Assembly (NCBI GenBank): GCA_965226495.1
Contig: OZ245365.1
Coordinates: forward strand, 3,136,001 to 3,200,000
Length of the DNA: 64,000 bases
Direction: 5' to 3'
Source of the DNA: Candidatus Marinacidobacterales bacterium
Lineage (GTDB): Bacteria > Acidobacteriota > Vicinamibacteria > Marinacidobacterales > DATDRI01
The notes below the pieces were generated by a model. It saw nothing but the letters and a program-made list of their open reading frames with translations. It searched no databases and was not told the origin of the DNA. The position numbers and the translations under genes are program-made. Of the stretch, positions 40,047 to 50,307 are shown one piece after another. The first letter of the stretch is position 1. The number at the start of each line of letters is the position of its first letter.

Positions 40047-40535
40047 AAGGATAGGAAAATTCATACATGTCCGGCTCCGGTCCGCGCGAATTCCCCCCAC
40101 CAGAATGGGGCTGTGCAGTCCGAGTGAGTCCTGGTGAGGGTAGCAGAACTCGAGCAAACGGGGTAAGGCGGTGGAGGAGTGTCTGTGTCCGGGGGGATGT
40201 ATGTGAAGAGCCACTCCAGCCGACTCGTGTCGGGGTATCGAACAAGTGGCGTGGTCGGAAGCCAGTGGCTAGGGCTCGGGTGGCGGGCGGGAGTCGCTGT
40301 TTCGTTTTTCGAGATGAGCCAAGATTTTGTGAATCACCTTCTGCTCGGTAATGAAGGAGATGAGGCGTAGCTGACCGCCACCATCGCACTTGAGAGGATC
40401 GGTCTGATGGACGCGCTTGATGAACTGGGCCCATCTTTTCCTGAGCGCGGCGCACTTTTGCGGGGACAGCTTCGGCTCAGAGTTGGGTTCGGCGCCTTGT
40501 TTGCCGGTGAGCGGTTGCGTTGTAATGCTGAGGCC
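40047..40535 (-). mobile_element. IS91/ISCR-like 3' remnant, copy A
   Basis: ALRKRWAQFIKRVHQTDPLKC...KILAHL...RPPP; ends with oriIS-like GTATGAATTTTCCTATCCTT. Confidence 0.7.
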
Positions 40536-40902
40536 ACTCGAGAGACTTAAGTCTCTAAGCACCAGCTCGCTGACCGCGGGCCATCGTCTGACGGAGTGCC
40601 AGCAACGCCCAAGCGTAGGCTGCAACGAGGGCGAGAACGCCGCCGCCGAGGACAATGGCAGTTCCTGGGGTCAGATCCGCCAGGGCGCTGCCGCCGAACG
40701 CCTGAGCGACGCTCACGGCGGCCAAACCGAGGTAGCCGGTACGGGTGCAATGGGAGTTGGAGCGGGCGGTTTGGGGTCTCACGGCAGAGGAAATGGGCCT
40801 TCGAGCAGTCCTGCGGAAGAGCTTGGGAGCTGCTTCGGGCCGCGGTCGTTGGATCTGGACACACGACGACCGTCGAATTCGCACCGAGATTGAGCGGAGA
40901 AG

Positions 40903-42174
40903 CTAAGCGGCTTTGCGAACCAGCACCGGAAGCATCTTGCCTGGATCGAGATAAGCGATCTCAAAGGGTGAATCGACGGGTCCTTCTCGAGCCCGTGCTC
41001 GAGGAGGATGGACGGCGGTTAGATGGGCGGGTTGTCGACCGAAGTAGATTTCATCGGGAGTGGCACCACCCAAACCCTGATGCGGTCTCAGGTAGGTGTA
41101 GTAGTAGAGCCCGAGCTCGAGCCGTTGTTGGAGGTCTCGTTTGGTGAGGGGTTTGAACGAACGTAGGCGCAAAGTGTCTTTGAGGGTTCTCCAGAATCTT
41201 TCGATGGTCGCAATGGAACCGTGCCGACCAATAGCACCGAAGCGCTGCCGGGTGCCGAACCGGCGAAGGGTTTTGCGAAACCGCTTCCCGGTGAACTGGG
41301 TCCCCTTGTCGGAGACGAAGTGTCGGGGCGGGCCGAAACGAAGCGCGGCCCGTTGAATGAGCCGGCCCATTTGGCGGGCAGAGGGTTCTTTCCAGAAGAC
41401 TTTAGCGACAAGGGGCATGCGGGAGAAGACATCGAGTACGACCACGAGCTTGAAGGAAAACAATCGAAAGAGACTCGGGATGGTGGTGATATCGGCCATC
41501 CAGATGTGATTCGGACGACGAGCCCGAGGAGCTCGACCCGACTTGGCTGTTCTTTCGGGAACGGGGGTTTGGGGAGGTTTTTCTTTGAACATTCTCCCGA
41601 CGGAGCGTTTGGAGATCTTCCAACCGGCCCGACCGAGCATTTGCGCGATCTGCTTGCAGCCACCGAAACCGTTAAGGCGCATGGTGTGGACGAGATGGCG
41701 GACGACATCGGCGTAGCGCCGGACCGGAGGCTGGGGACGGACGAGCGAGCCCACGGTTTCTTGTTCGGGGTGGGCCGCGACTTCCTGCTCCCACCGGGCC
41801 ACCGTGTTTCTCGAGATCGCAAAGAGCTGGGCGGTTTCCTTCTGGGAAAGGTCAAGGAGAGACTTGAGCTCGAGGATCTGGAATCGCAGGTGTGGGGTGT
41901 AATGAGGCCGACGTCTTTCCGGAATCTTTTGCCAGCGCTCGGACAGGATTCGGGAGACGGCTTCGTAACACCGTGTCAGGATGGCCAGCCTTCGCACGTC
42001 GGCAAAGGCGATTTGAAGGGGCTCGTCGGAGTTTCTGTACTGAGCGAGCTGGGTTCCACAGGCGAGGCCAAGAAGTCGCGTGGCCTTGATCAGAGCGCGC
42101 AGGGCGTCGGGGTTGAGCTCGGGGTGATTCGCCAGCGTGACGAGAAGGCGTTCGGCGTCAGAGCTCCCCTTCAT
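40903..42174 (-). CDS. DDE (rve/integrase core) transposase with HTH
   Basis: PNHIWMADIT, LDVFSR, FVSDKGTQF, IERFWRTLK, RPHQGLGGATP; start set at ATG 42174 (frame open to 42351). Confidence 0.85.
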   Translation of the reverse strand: MKGSSDAERLLVTLANHPELNPDALRALIKATRLLGLACGTQLAQYRNSDEPLQIAFADVRRLAILTRCYEAVSRILSERWQKIPERRRPHYTPHLRFQILELKSLLDLSQKETAQLFAISRNTVARWEQEVAAHPEQETVGSLVRPQPPVRRYADVVRHLVHTMRLNGFGGCKQIAQMLGRAGWKISKRSVGRMFKEKPPQTPVPERTAKSGRAPRARRPNHIWMADITTIPSLFRLFSFKLVVVLDVFSRMPLVAKVFWKEPSARQMGRLIQRAALRFGPPRHFVSDKGTQFTGKRFRKTLRRFGTRQRFGAIGRHGSIATIERFWRTLKDTLRLRSFKPLTKRDLQQRLELGLYYYTYLRPHQGLGGATPDEIYFGRQPAHLTAVHPPRARAREGPVDSPFEIAYLDPGKMLPVLVRKAA

Positions 42175-42400
42175 GGTGGACCTTTCCTCTAATAATGTTG
42201 GGGGGAGTGGATTGAAGCCAGGATAGCACATGGTGGGCGAGGCGAAACCATTGCCTGGCGAGAAGCAGCTTTCGGTCCTGAGTCTATCGAAGAGCGTGGC
42301 GCACTTTGCCGTGGAGACGCTGGGGATGCGAGGCAAAGCCTGGGCGTGCATGTGGGAATAGGGAATCGACAGATTCCCTGACAGAGCTATCGACTAGACT

Positions 42401-42760
42401 TCACTTCGGAGTGATATGCCGGATTCCGTAGGCAAAAGGCTTCTCTTCCTCAGCAAAGGCCTCGAAACATTGGAGAAAATCCCCCACCGTCATTCGCCGT
42501 TGATGTTCTTGGATCCAACAAATCATCCCGCGAAAAGGGCGGCCCTCTTGGAGATAACGAACGCCGATTACTCGCGCCGGCTCGTCACTGGAGACAAAGA
42601 CTCGACCTGCCTTCTCTGCGTACTCGAATAGCGTCGTGTCGTCCGTCCCCTGTGGAAAAACATCGACCGCGCGCTGGACGTCCCACCCTCGTCGGATGAG
42701 CCCCTTAATGATGGCACCAGGGATGTTTTCGTCTGAGAAGAGAGGGAAACGCGAAGCCAC
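42401..42760 (-). CDS. DUF5615 PIN-like putative toxin
   Basis: LFSDENIP, GWDV, DD..LF.YA, RVFVSSD; overlaps the upstream stop by 1 nt. Confidence 0.8.
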   Translation of the reverse strand: MASRFPLFSDENIPGAIIKGLIRRGWDVQRAVDVFPQGTDDTTLFEYAEKAGRVFVSSDEPARVIGVRYLQEGRPFRGMICWIQEHQRRMTVGDFLQCFEAFAEEEKPFAYGIRHITPK

Positions 42761-43071
42761 TACCGAGTCGAGCGCCTACGCAAGTACTCCAGTCGCTCAC
42801 GGTCGTTGCTCGCGGCCCACTTTTGGCTTTCCGTGAAGCAGGCTTCGATTTCGGCTCGATGATCGTGGTAGTAGACAAGAGCGGCGTAAACTTGAATCAG
42901 GTCTAGCTGAGGGTACTCCTCCAGCATCTTCTCGGGTGCGTAACCCGCCTCGTGAAGACTGGCGATATCCATCACGCGGATCCGCGTCCCCTGGATACAC
43001 GCCCGCCCAGCCATCACCTTCGGGTTCTTGGTGATATGGGGGTAGACGCTCTTCTCTACTGCGGTGACCAT
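42760..43071 (-). CDS. DUF433 putative antitoxin
   Basis: HITKNPKVMAGRACIQGTRIRV, YPQL...QVYAALVYY. Confidence 0.88.
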   Translation of the reverse strand: MVTAVEKSVYPHITKNPKVMAGRACIQGTRIRVMDIASLHEAGYAPEKMLEEYPQLDLIQVYAALVYYHDHRAEIEACFTESQKWAASNDRERLEYLRRRSTR

Positions 43072-43199
43072 AGCGTGTTCATTATACCTGACTTACACGC
43101 AGGCTCCCACTCCAGGCCCCCCTCCGAAGGCTCGGTGGGTGGGGGACGGCCTTGCCGCTCTGGGTGGTGGCGGACGACGAAGGAGTGCTCTCCCCGCGA

Positions 43200-44345
43200 C
43201 CCCGAATGCACCACCCGTCGTCGATGCTGGAGCAGACCAAGTGGTGACGATTCTCGGGAATCTTTTGCGAGCGCTCGGACAGGATGGCGACGTCAACGAG
43301 ACGTTCGAGATCGCTTTCTTCGAGGATCTGAACGACAACGGCACCTTCGAGCCTGGAGTCGATAACCTCCTGGGCTCAGAATCGCAGGCCGGGCTTGCTG
43401 CGGGCGGAACGGTACTGGTCACCGCCGAAGTGTCCGGAATGCTCACGTTCGTGGGCAACCTGCTTCATACGTTCGTCGACAGCGGCTTCATCGTCACCGA
43501 AACGAGGGAGGACAATAACGCGATGAGCTCCGCGCCGGCGTGTGATTTCCGGCCGCCGGTGGCTCCTTTCGCGCCGGTTCTGAAGTGGTCGTGGACGGGC
43601 TCCTCGATCCTCCCCAACGCCCGGCAGGTCATCATGACCCCCTCGGTCGCCGATCTCGATATGGACGGCGTCCCCGAAGTTATCTTCACTACGTACCAGA
43701 AGTCGGCCGTCGCACAAAGCTTCCTCCGCGTCGTGAGCGGTCAGGACGGGACCGAGCTCTTCACCGTGGACAACCCGGACTTCCGCGTCCATCGCGGCTC
43801 GCCTGTGGCGGTGGGAGACATCGATCGAGACGGCCGTGTGGAGATCGTGGCCGTCGCGGAGAGTCAGAATCGGTTGATCGCGTTCGAGCACGATGGAACC
43901 GTCAAGTGGTTGAGCTCCAACGTGGAGGGTACCGGAGACGGTGGCCCTGCCCTCGCCGACCTAGACGGGGACGGCGCGCCCGAGATCATCTTGGGCCGGC
44001 AAGTACTGAACAACGACGGCAGTGTCCGCTGGACCGGCACCGGCGGTCGGGGTGGCCGTCTCGGAAACCCGCTCGCCGGGGTGGCGGATCTAGACATGGA
44101 CGGAATCCCCGAGATCGTGGCCGGTAGGACCGCCTACCGGGCCAATGGCGACATTTACTAGGATCACCCGGAGCTGAGCGATGGCTGGATCGCGGTGGCG
44201 GACTTCGACGACGATCCGTTCCCAGAAGTCGTCCTGGTGGCGAACGGAAACGTTTTTCTCTTCGAGCACACCGGGGAGATCCAGTGGGGGCCGGTGCCTC
44301 TCGATCCCGGAGCCACCGGAGGCCCGCCTTTGGTGGCGGATCTGG
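43200..44345 (+). pseudogene. Internal fragment of a large FG-GAP-repeat surface protein
   Basis: PVVDAGADQ; repeated ADLDxDGxPEI motifs; in-frame TAG at 44159-44161 after which the repeats continue; cut by the IS91-like remnant. Confidence 0.75.
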
Positions 44346-44933
44346 AAGCCTCGCCAACACGGCGTCCACTACATGGGCGCCTACTCCTCGAGAGCGCGCG
44401 CCTTTCGAAAAAGGAAAAACCGCCCCCTGCAATCGCTCACCGGACAACAAAACCCCAAAGCCGACTCTGAGCCGAAGCTGTCCTCCAAAAAAGCGCGCCG
44501 CGCTCAGAAAAAGATGGGCACAGCTCATCAAGCTCATCAGGCGCGTTCATCAGACCGACCCTCTCCGGTGCGACTGCGGGGGTACCTATCGCGTCATCGC
44601 CTTCATTACCGAGCACAAGGTGATTCGGAAAATTTTGGCTCATCTCGAAATAAGAAAAAGCGACTCGCGCTCGCCACCCGAGCCCTAGCCACTGACTTCC
44701 GAAAAACCCACTTGTCCGAATACCCCGACACGAGAACGCCCGGAGTGTCTCTTCACTTCCATCCCCCCGGCGGGAGACACCTCTCAACCGCCTTGCCCTG
44801 ATTGCTCGAGCTCTGCTACCCTCACCAGGACTCACTCGGACGGCACAGCCCCTTCCCAGCGGGGAAATTTCGAGCGGACCGGGGACGGACACGTATGAAA
44901 TTTCCTATCCTTCGTATGAAATTTCCTATCCTT
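44345..44933 (+). mobile_element. IS91/ISCR-like 3' remnant, copy B, with duplicated oriIS-like end
   Basis: PRQHGVHYMGAYS, ALRKRWAQLI..RVHQTDPLRCDCGG...KILAHL...RSPP; CGTATGAAATTTCCTATCCTT x2 (44892-44933). Confidence 0.75.
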
Positions 44934-44968
44934 AAAAGAACCACAAGAACAACAAAGTGGGGGGTTCT

Positions 44969-46375
44969 ATGATCAATCAGAACGCAGATCTGCAGGCCGA
45001 CCTTGGGCCAGTAAGCGAGCTGGAGCGCATCTCGTCAATCGACACAATTCGCGGCGTAGCGCTTTTCGGCATCCTTTTAATTAATATTGTCGGCTTCGGG
45101 TTGCCCAGTGCCTATTCGAACCCAACGAATTACGGCGGCGCCGAGGGCCTCAATCTCGCCGTGTGGGCGACGAACAATCTGTTTTTCGAAGGGACCATGC
45201 GGGGCCTGTTTTCCATGCTGTTCGGCGCGGGGATTGTACTGATGACAGGTCGCGCTGAAGCGCGCGGTGGTGGTCTAGAGGTTGCGGACATCTATTACCG
45301 GCGCACGCTCTGGCTGTTCGCATTCGGCGTCATCCATGGCTGGTTAATCCTCTGGGTCGGCGACATACTTTACGGGTACGGCATCGCCGGGCTGTTCCTG
45401 TTCGCGTTTCGCAAGGTTAATCCGCGGACGCTGATTATTCTCGGTGTTCTGGTACTCGCATCGGTCGTTCCGAAATACATCTATGAGTATTCGCAAACGC
45501 AGACCGCCATGGCCGACGCGCAGGCGGCGCAACTCGTCCTCGACGAAGGTGGGGAATCCGCGGACGCTGATTATTCTCGGTGTTCTGGTACTCGCATCGG
45601 TCGTTCCGAAATACATCTCGTCCTCGACGAAGGTGGGGAACGGCAGCAGGAGGCAGGATCGACGGATGGCAGGAGATTCTGGAGGACCACAATCCACCTG
45701 CCAAAAAGATCCAGGAACGTATCGACGGCATGCACGGCAATTACTTCGAAATCATTGCATCGTATGCGAGCTTCTTAGTCTGGATGCAGTCGACTGCCTT
45801 CTATTTGTATTCCTTCTGGGACACCGTCGGCATGATGCTGATCGGCATGGGGCTACTCAAGCTCGGCGTTCTTAGCGGTGGGCGCAGCGGCCGCTTTTAC
45901 CTGACTATGATGATTGTCGGCTATGCGATCGGAATCTCGGTCAATGTCTATGAAACCAGGCTGCTCATCGACAACAATTTCGATGTAATCGCATTTGCTA
46001 AAACGCATCTTACTTACAGCGCCATGCGACCCACGGCAGCCAGTCGACTCGTCAACCAGTTCAACCAGCGCATTTGGCACATTAGTGTCAACAGACCGAT
46101 ATGGCCTAACGTCATGGGTACGCGCCCGAGAGCGTACCAACTACATCTCACATTCGATGGTGTGCGCAATCATATTCACAGGCATTGGATTTTCGATGTA
46201 TGGCGAACTCCAACGCTACCAGTTGTATTACGTCGTCGGCGCAATCTGGCTGGCACAATTGATTATCAGCCCGATCTGGTTGAAACACTTTCGTTTTGGC
46301 CCGCTGGAATGGTTATGGCGGTCATTGACGTACAAGCAGCGCCAACCGATGCGAAGGGAGACGGTCACAGATTAG
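44969..46375 (+). pseudogene. DUF418 (YeiB-like) membrane protein gene, frameshifted
   Basis: ERISSIDTIRGVALFGILLINI at the start and FRFGPLEWLWRSLTY at the end, in different frames; internal duplication of ~45420-45480 at ~45556-45615. Confidence 0.8.
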
Positions 46376-46585
46376 GCGGCCGTGAGCAGGCGTACGGCAG
46401 CATAATTGTTGGCGCTCGATCGACATTTTCCCGCTCGAGAATCGCCATCAATGCGGGGAACGAAGCAGGATCGAAAGAAGGATACGACAGCCAGGCAGAC
46501 ATGATAAATGGCACATCATCGAAGTCGAAATTTCGCAGTACCTCCAGGGCTTCTTCTTCCTCACTCGGCATTTTCAATATCAGCC

Positions 46586-46770
46586 AGTGGCGGGCAAATG
46601 AAGCTCGCTGCCCTCATCACCACCGCACAGCAGAACATCATCGACAAAATCCTGGACCATCTCGGCGAGGACTACTCGCTACCCAAGAGCAGAGGTCCAC
46701 CCAAGTGGTGGCAATACATAGGCCGCCGAACTTCTCGACCAAAACCCCCAGCTCGACGACGACGGTGACG
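46586..46770 (+). mobile_element. Third, more divergent IS91-like transposase C-terminal remnant
   Basis: GGQMKLAALIT...IIDKILDHLGE...SRGPP. Confidence 0.55.
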
Positions 46771-47163
46771 GTGACGGGTACGAAACCGATGTTTCGTGGG
46801 ATTAGAATAACCCCGCTTCACCCAAGCTCTGTGCAGCTGCGTCCGGAGTGGGTCATGTTGCGGCACAGAAAGCTCATCACTACAATCCGCCCTCTTTGGG
46901 GGGGAGCAAACCCGGAAAAGCCACTCAGCTAGCCTCGCAAGACGCATTCTGAGCCCGAGAAACCGGCTCCTCGAAATGAGAAATTCCGTTCTTGTCTGCA
47001 TAGAGACGAGCATAGCTAAAGGTTCCGCTCTTACTCTGGGTCCCGGTAAGTTCGTTCACTCCCAGCACGATCAATAGAAGAACAGCTCCGACGACGGGCC
47101 ATCGGCGACGCCAAAGGTCTCTGAACATTTCGATCTCCAATTTTCCTTACTCCATACGAACTG

Positions 47164-47246
47164 GATAGCGTTGTGAATAAGCTGCGAAGGCCACGCTACG
47201 CCCTTCTGCGGACGTGGACCTCGTCAGCTTCATCCGCTTGTTCGCC
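47164..47246 (-). other. attC-like imperfect palindrome
   Basis: GGCGAAC AAGCGG ATGAAGCTGACGAGGTCCACG...CGTGGCCTTCGCAGCTTAT TCACAAC GCTATC; long stem with unpaired bases; R' box degenerate. Confidence 0.5.
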
Positions 47247-47440
47247 GGCTGTGGCTCGTCATTATTAATCCGGACGGACCCGTAGCCACGCGTCATTGTC
47301 GGACGCGGAGGCAGCGATGCGATCCGCGCGCACGGAAGCATGTTTGGCCATGGCGAGGACGTCTGTCGGTGACGAGTTCACGTGGTTCGAGAACAGGCCT
47401 TAACCGCCACGGCTCACCTAGGCCCACTCAAGCTTTCTGC

Positions 47441-48490
47441 TCAAGCAGCCTCGCGCCATTCGTAACGGTGGTGCCGTCCACCGACTCTCGGCAGTGCAAC
47501 GACTCTCGCCGTTGAGGATGGCCGAGGTGTGGCAGCTCTCTCGTTCGGCGTATCCTTGTGGAGCCCCAAGTGGCAGCGGTCCTCATGATAGTAGCTGATG
47601 TAAGATCGCACGAGGCGAATGAAATGACGCTCGCTAAGCACGACTACGTGCTCGAGGAGCTCTCGACGACAGCTGCCGACCCAGCGCTCGGCTGTCCCGT
47701 TCTGCCAAGGACTGCGGTAGGAGATCCGAACAGGCTTTGTGCCCATCGCTTTGATGAACTCGACCACGGCGGGGCTGAAGATCGAGTCGCGGTCAAAGAT
47801 GAGGTATCTCGGCGCTGTGTCGTAGGGAAACGCCTCGCGTAGTTGCTGTATCACCCACGCCGCCGTCGGGTGGAACGTGGCGTTGAAGTGAACAATGTGT
47901 CGACGGCCGTGCTCGATGACGAAGAAGCCGTAGAGGAGTCGGAGCGAAGCCCTTGGCACGGTGAACAAATCCATCCCAGCGATCTCGTCCTTGTGGTTCC
48001 GCAAGAACGCGACCCAACGCTTGACTTGATCGGGCTCCGCTGGAAGCCGCGGCATGTATCGTGACGCCGTCTTCTCCGAGATGATGAAGCCGAGCTTCAT
48101 GAGCTCGGCGTGGATACGAGGTGCGCCCCAGCCGTCTTGTGACATCGTGGGGATGAGTCGGCGAATCTCGGCGTCAATCCGAGGTCGCCCTGGATAGCGT
48201 CGGCGCGAGATCCGAGTCCAGTATCGTCGGAATCGCTCCCGATTCCACTGCGCGACGGTGTCGGCGTTGACGATGACCAAGCGGCTCGCCCACGCTGGCC
48301 ACGAGCTTCGGAGCGCAACCCAGAATGCGCGGTCAGTGTCGTCGAGCGGTGGCCTGGGCCGCTCCTTCTTGAGCGCGGTCACCTGCTGCCGCAGGGCCAA
48401 GTTTTCAATCACGAGGTCGGTTCGGTGCCGACACATTGCCCGCAACGCACGGCCGCCTAGAGAGACGAGAAAGATAAGAATGCGGAGCAT
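47441..48490 (-). CDS. Integrase-core (rve) transposase
   Basis: ENLALRQQ, WGAPRIHAEL, DLFTV, LIFDRDS, PWQNGTAERWVGSCRRE, GGRHHRY; TGTCG ends near 48577 and possibly 47364. Confidence 0.9.
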   Translation of the reverse strand: MLRILIFLVSLGGRALRAMCRHRTDLVIENLALRQQVTALKKERPRPPLDDTDRAFWVALRSSWPAWASRLVIVNADTVAQWNRERFRRYWTRISRRRYPGRPRIDAEIRRLIPTMSQDGWGAPRIHAELMKLGFIISEKTASRYMPRLPAEPDQVKRWVAFLRNHKDEIAGMDLFTVPRASLRLLYGFFVIEHGRRHIVHFNATFHPTAAWVIQQLREAFPYDTAPRYLIFDRDSIFSPAVVEFIKAMGTKPVRISYRSPWQNGTAERWVGSCRRELLEHVVVLSERHFIRLVRSYISYYHEDRCHLGLHKDTPNERAATPRPSSTARVVALPRVGGRHHRYEWREAA

Positions 48491-48693
48491 GGCGGCGGAG
48501 TTTCGCCTTCTTCGGCCCGGATTTCAAACGCGGGTAAGTGCTTGATTTCATGCGCTGACGAATATTGACGAACGACAACTGGTCGTTTATATCGTGCCCT
48601 TCTTCTCGTCTATGAAACCCTCCTTTTTGAAACGGCAGCTGCAGCTACGTTCGCAGGGTCTCATCACCCGCGATGTCCGGGGTTATCGATGTG

Positions 48694-50229
48694 TTAATCA
48701 ACCAGCACCGGATCGCCCGGCATCCAGGTCCTGTCGAACCATGGCTTGAGCGGACCATAGATGCGAAGGATGGTGTTCCATCCCTTGCCCGGGACGGTTT
48801 GGATCCAGTTGTTCTCCTGACCTTCGGGAGCCTTGGGTCCGAAGTAGATGTCGTAGGAGCCATCCGCATTCTGCTTTATGCCCTCCTTTTTGCTGTCGAT
48901 GCCCGGAAACCGCTGGTCGGTCTGCAGCATGCTGCGGGTCTGATTGTCGTAGATGGTTAAGGCCCAGAAGTCTTTCACCGGGACGTCCTTAGGCACGTTG
49001 ATCTTGTAGGTCTTGCTGCCATCGAAAGCATTGCCGTCCTTGTCGAGGTAGGCGATGGCATACTGCGATCCCTTACCAATAAGCTTCAAAGCCATGGCGG
49101 GGGTGATTCCAGTGGCGTAGAAGTGAAAGTAGACGCGCGAATCCAGGAGTCGCTCGCCATCCAGCAGGAAATCGTAACGTTTCTCCACGAAGGGATTGGT
49201 CCAGATCCGCTTGCCGGGATAGAGGTAGTGCCGCTGATCCCTCGGGCGGGCCGTCAAGGCCCGAGCGGTCACCGACCCGATCGCGGCCGCGTTGGTGAGG
49301 ATCTTCTTCATCCGTGCGTCGGGCTTGAATTCCTGGCCCTTCTTGATGCCGATCGAGGCGAGCAGACCGCGGGTATCCACGTCGAGCCCTTCAAGAGGCT
49401 CAGCTTGAATGGTCGCGTTGAGTTCCTCCCAATATCCGTAGTCCATGCGGTGGATCGTGTTGCTGAACTTGCCCGAGATGTTGACGAAGGTCATCGCTGG
49501 CGGATTGTCCTTCTTCGAGAGCGGATAGATCTTGAAACTTTTCTTGGTTGCATCAACCGCCGGTTTTGTCGAACCGTCCATCTGGAAACCGCGCCAGACC
49601 ACCCAGTTGCCGTAGGTGCTGGTCTTCGCAACGTGATAGCCATCAGGCACATCGCCATCATAGCCGGGAGGCAGGATCAGGAACTTGCCGCCCTTGCCCT
49701 TGTCCGGACCGAGTCTGCCAAAATCGATCACATACTTGAACCATGCATCATCGATAAAGCCGAGGACATCGGGGGGCGTTTCAATCACCATTGGCTCGTC
49801 ACCGAGCTCCAGCCAGGTGAAATTGTAGATATTGGTTGTGTTCCCAGTCAGCCAGAGCGCCTTGGAGTCCAACAACTCTTCGGTAAAAGTGACCGTGGTG
49901 TTGGCGGGACCGAACTCCAGAATCCCCTTCTTCATCGCATACATCGAAGCGATCGGCATACCGTTCAGGAACGCCTCCGTGGCACGATTCAGATCGATGT
50001 TATCGTAAACCTTCTGAGTCGTTTCCGCGTCAGGCACACCATCGACGGAGATCAGGGTTCCAAGGGAAGTCTCCAGTTTGTCCGGGGTCGCGACCCCGGG
50101 TGGAACCTCCGTAGTCATCTTCATCCTGGGCGCAATCTCCGTTGTCATCTCCATCTTGGGCGGCTCTCCCGCGCAACCCGCACATGCTGCCATCAACGCA
50201 ACCATGACGACTCTCATCATATTTTTCAT
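48694..50229 (-). CDS. DUF1254/DUF1214 domain putative lipoprotein
   Basis: Lipobox-like AAC/AGC; GPDKGKGGKFLILPPGY, TGITPAM, FWALTIYD, ILRIYGP. Confidence 0.88.
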   Translation of the reverse strand: MKNMMRVVMVALMAACAGCAGEPPKMEMTTEIAPRMKMTTEVPPGVATPDKLETSLGTLISVDGVPDAETTQKVYDNIDLNRATEAFLNGMPIASMYAMKKGILEFGPANTTVTFTEELLDSKALWLTGNTTNIYNFTWLELGDEPMVIETPPDVLGFIDDAWFKYVIDFGRLGPDKGKGGKFLILPPGYDGDVPDGYHVAKTSTYGNWVVWRGFQMDGSTKPAVDATKKSFKIYPLSKKDNPPAMTFVNISGKFSNTIHRMDYGYWEELNATIQAEPLEGLDVDTRGLLASIGIKKGQEFKPDARMKKILTNAAAIGSVTARALTARPRDQRHYLYPGKRIWTNPFVEKRYDFLLDGERLLDSRVYFHFYATGITPAMALKLIGKGSQYAIAYLDKDGNAFDGSKTYKINVPKDVPVKDFWALTIYDNQTRSMLQTDQRFPGIDSKKEGIKQNADGSYDIYFGPKAPEGQENNWIQTVPGKGWNTILRIYGPLKPWFDRTWMPGDPVLVD

Positions 50230-50307
50230 CTCGCATCCCCTTGCTTTCTCACACCGGCCATTTCTTTCTGACGCTTGTCTCCTGCGCCTGGCTCCATTTC
50301 CCTGGTT

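Noticed and set aside
44159-44161. Pyrrolysine or programmed read-through at the in-frame TAG of the FG-GAP gene
   Set aside because: The gene is truncated at both ends, so a TGG-to-TAG nonsense change in a pseudogene is the simpler explanation.
45580-46932. 450-aa ORF as a real gene
   Set aside because: It is a chimera of one DUF418 segment and out-of-frame or non-coding sequence.
49123-50271. 382-aa plus-strand ORF (likewise 41221..42192, 53711..54484 and 9924..10901)
   Set aside because: Antisense or alternative-frame shadows of well-supported genes.
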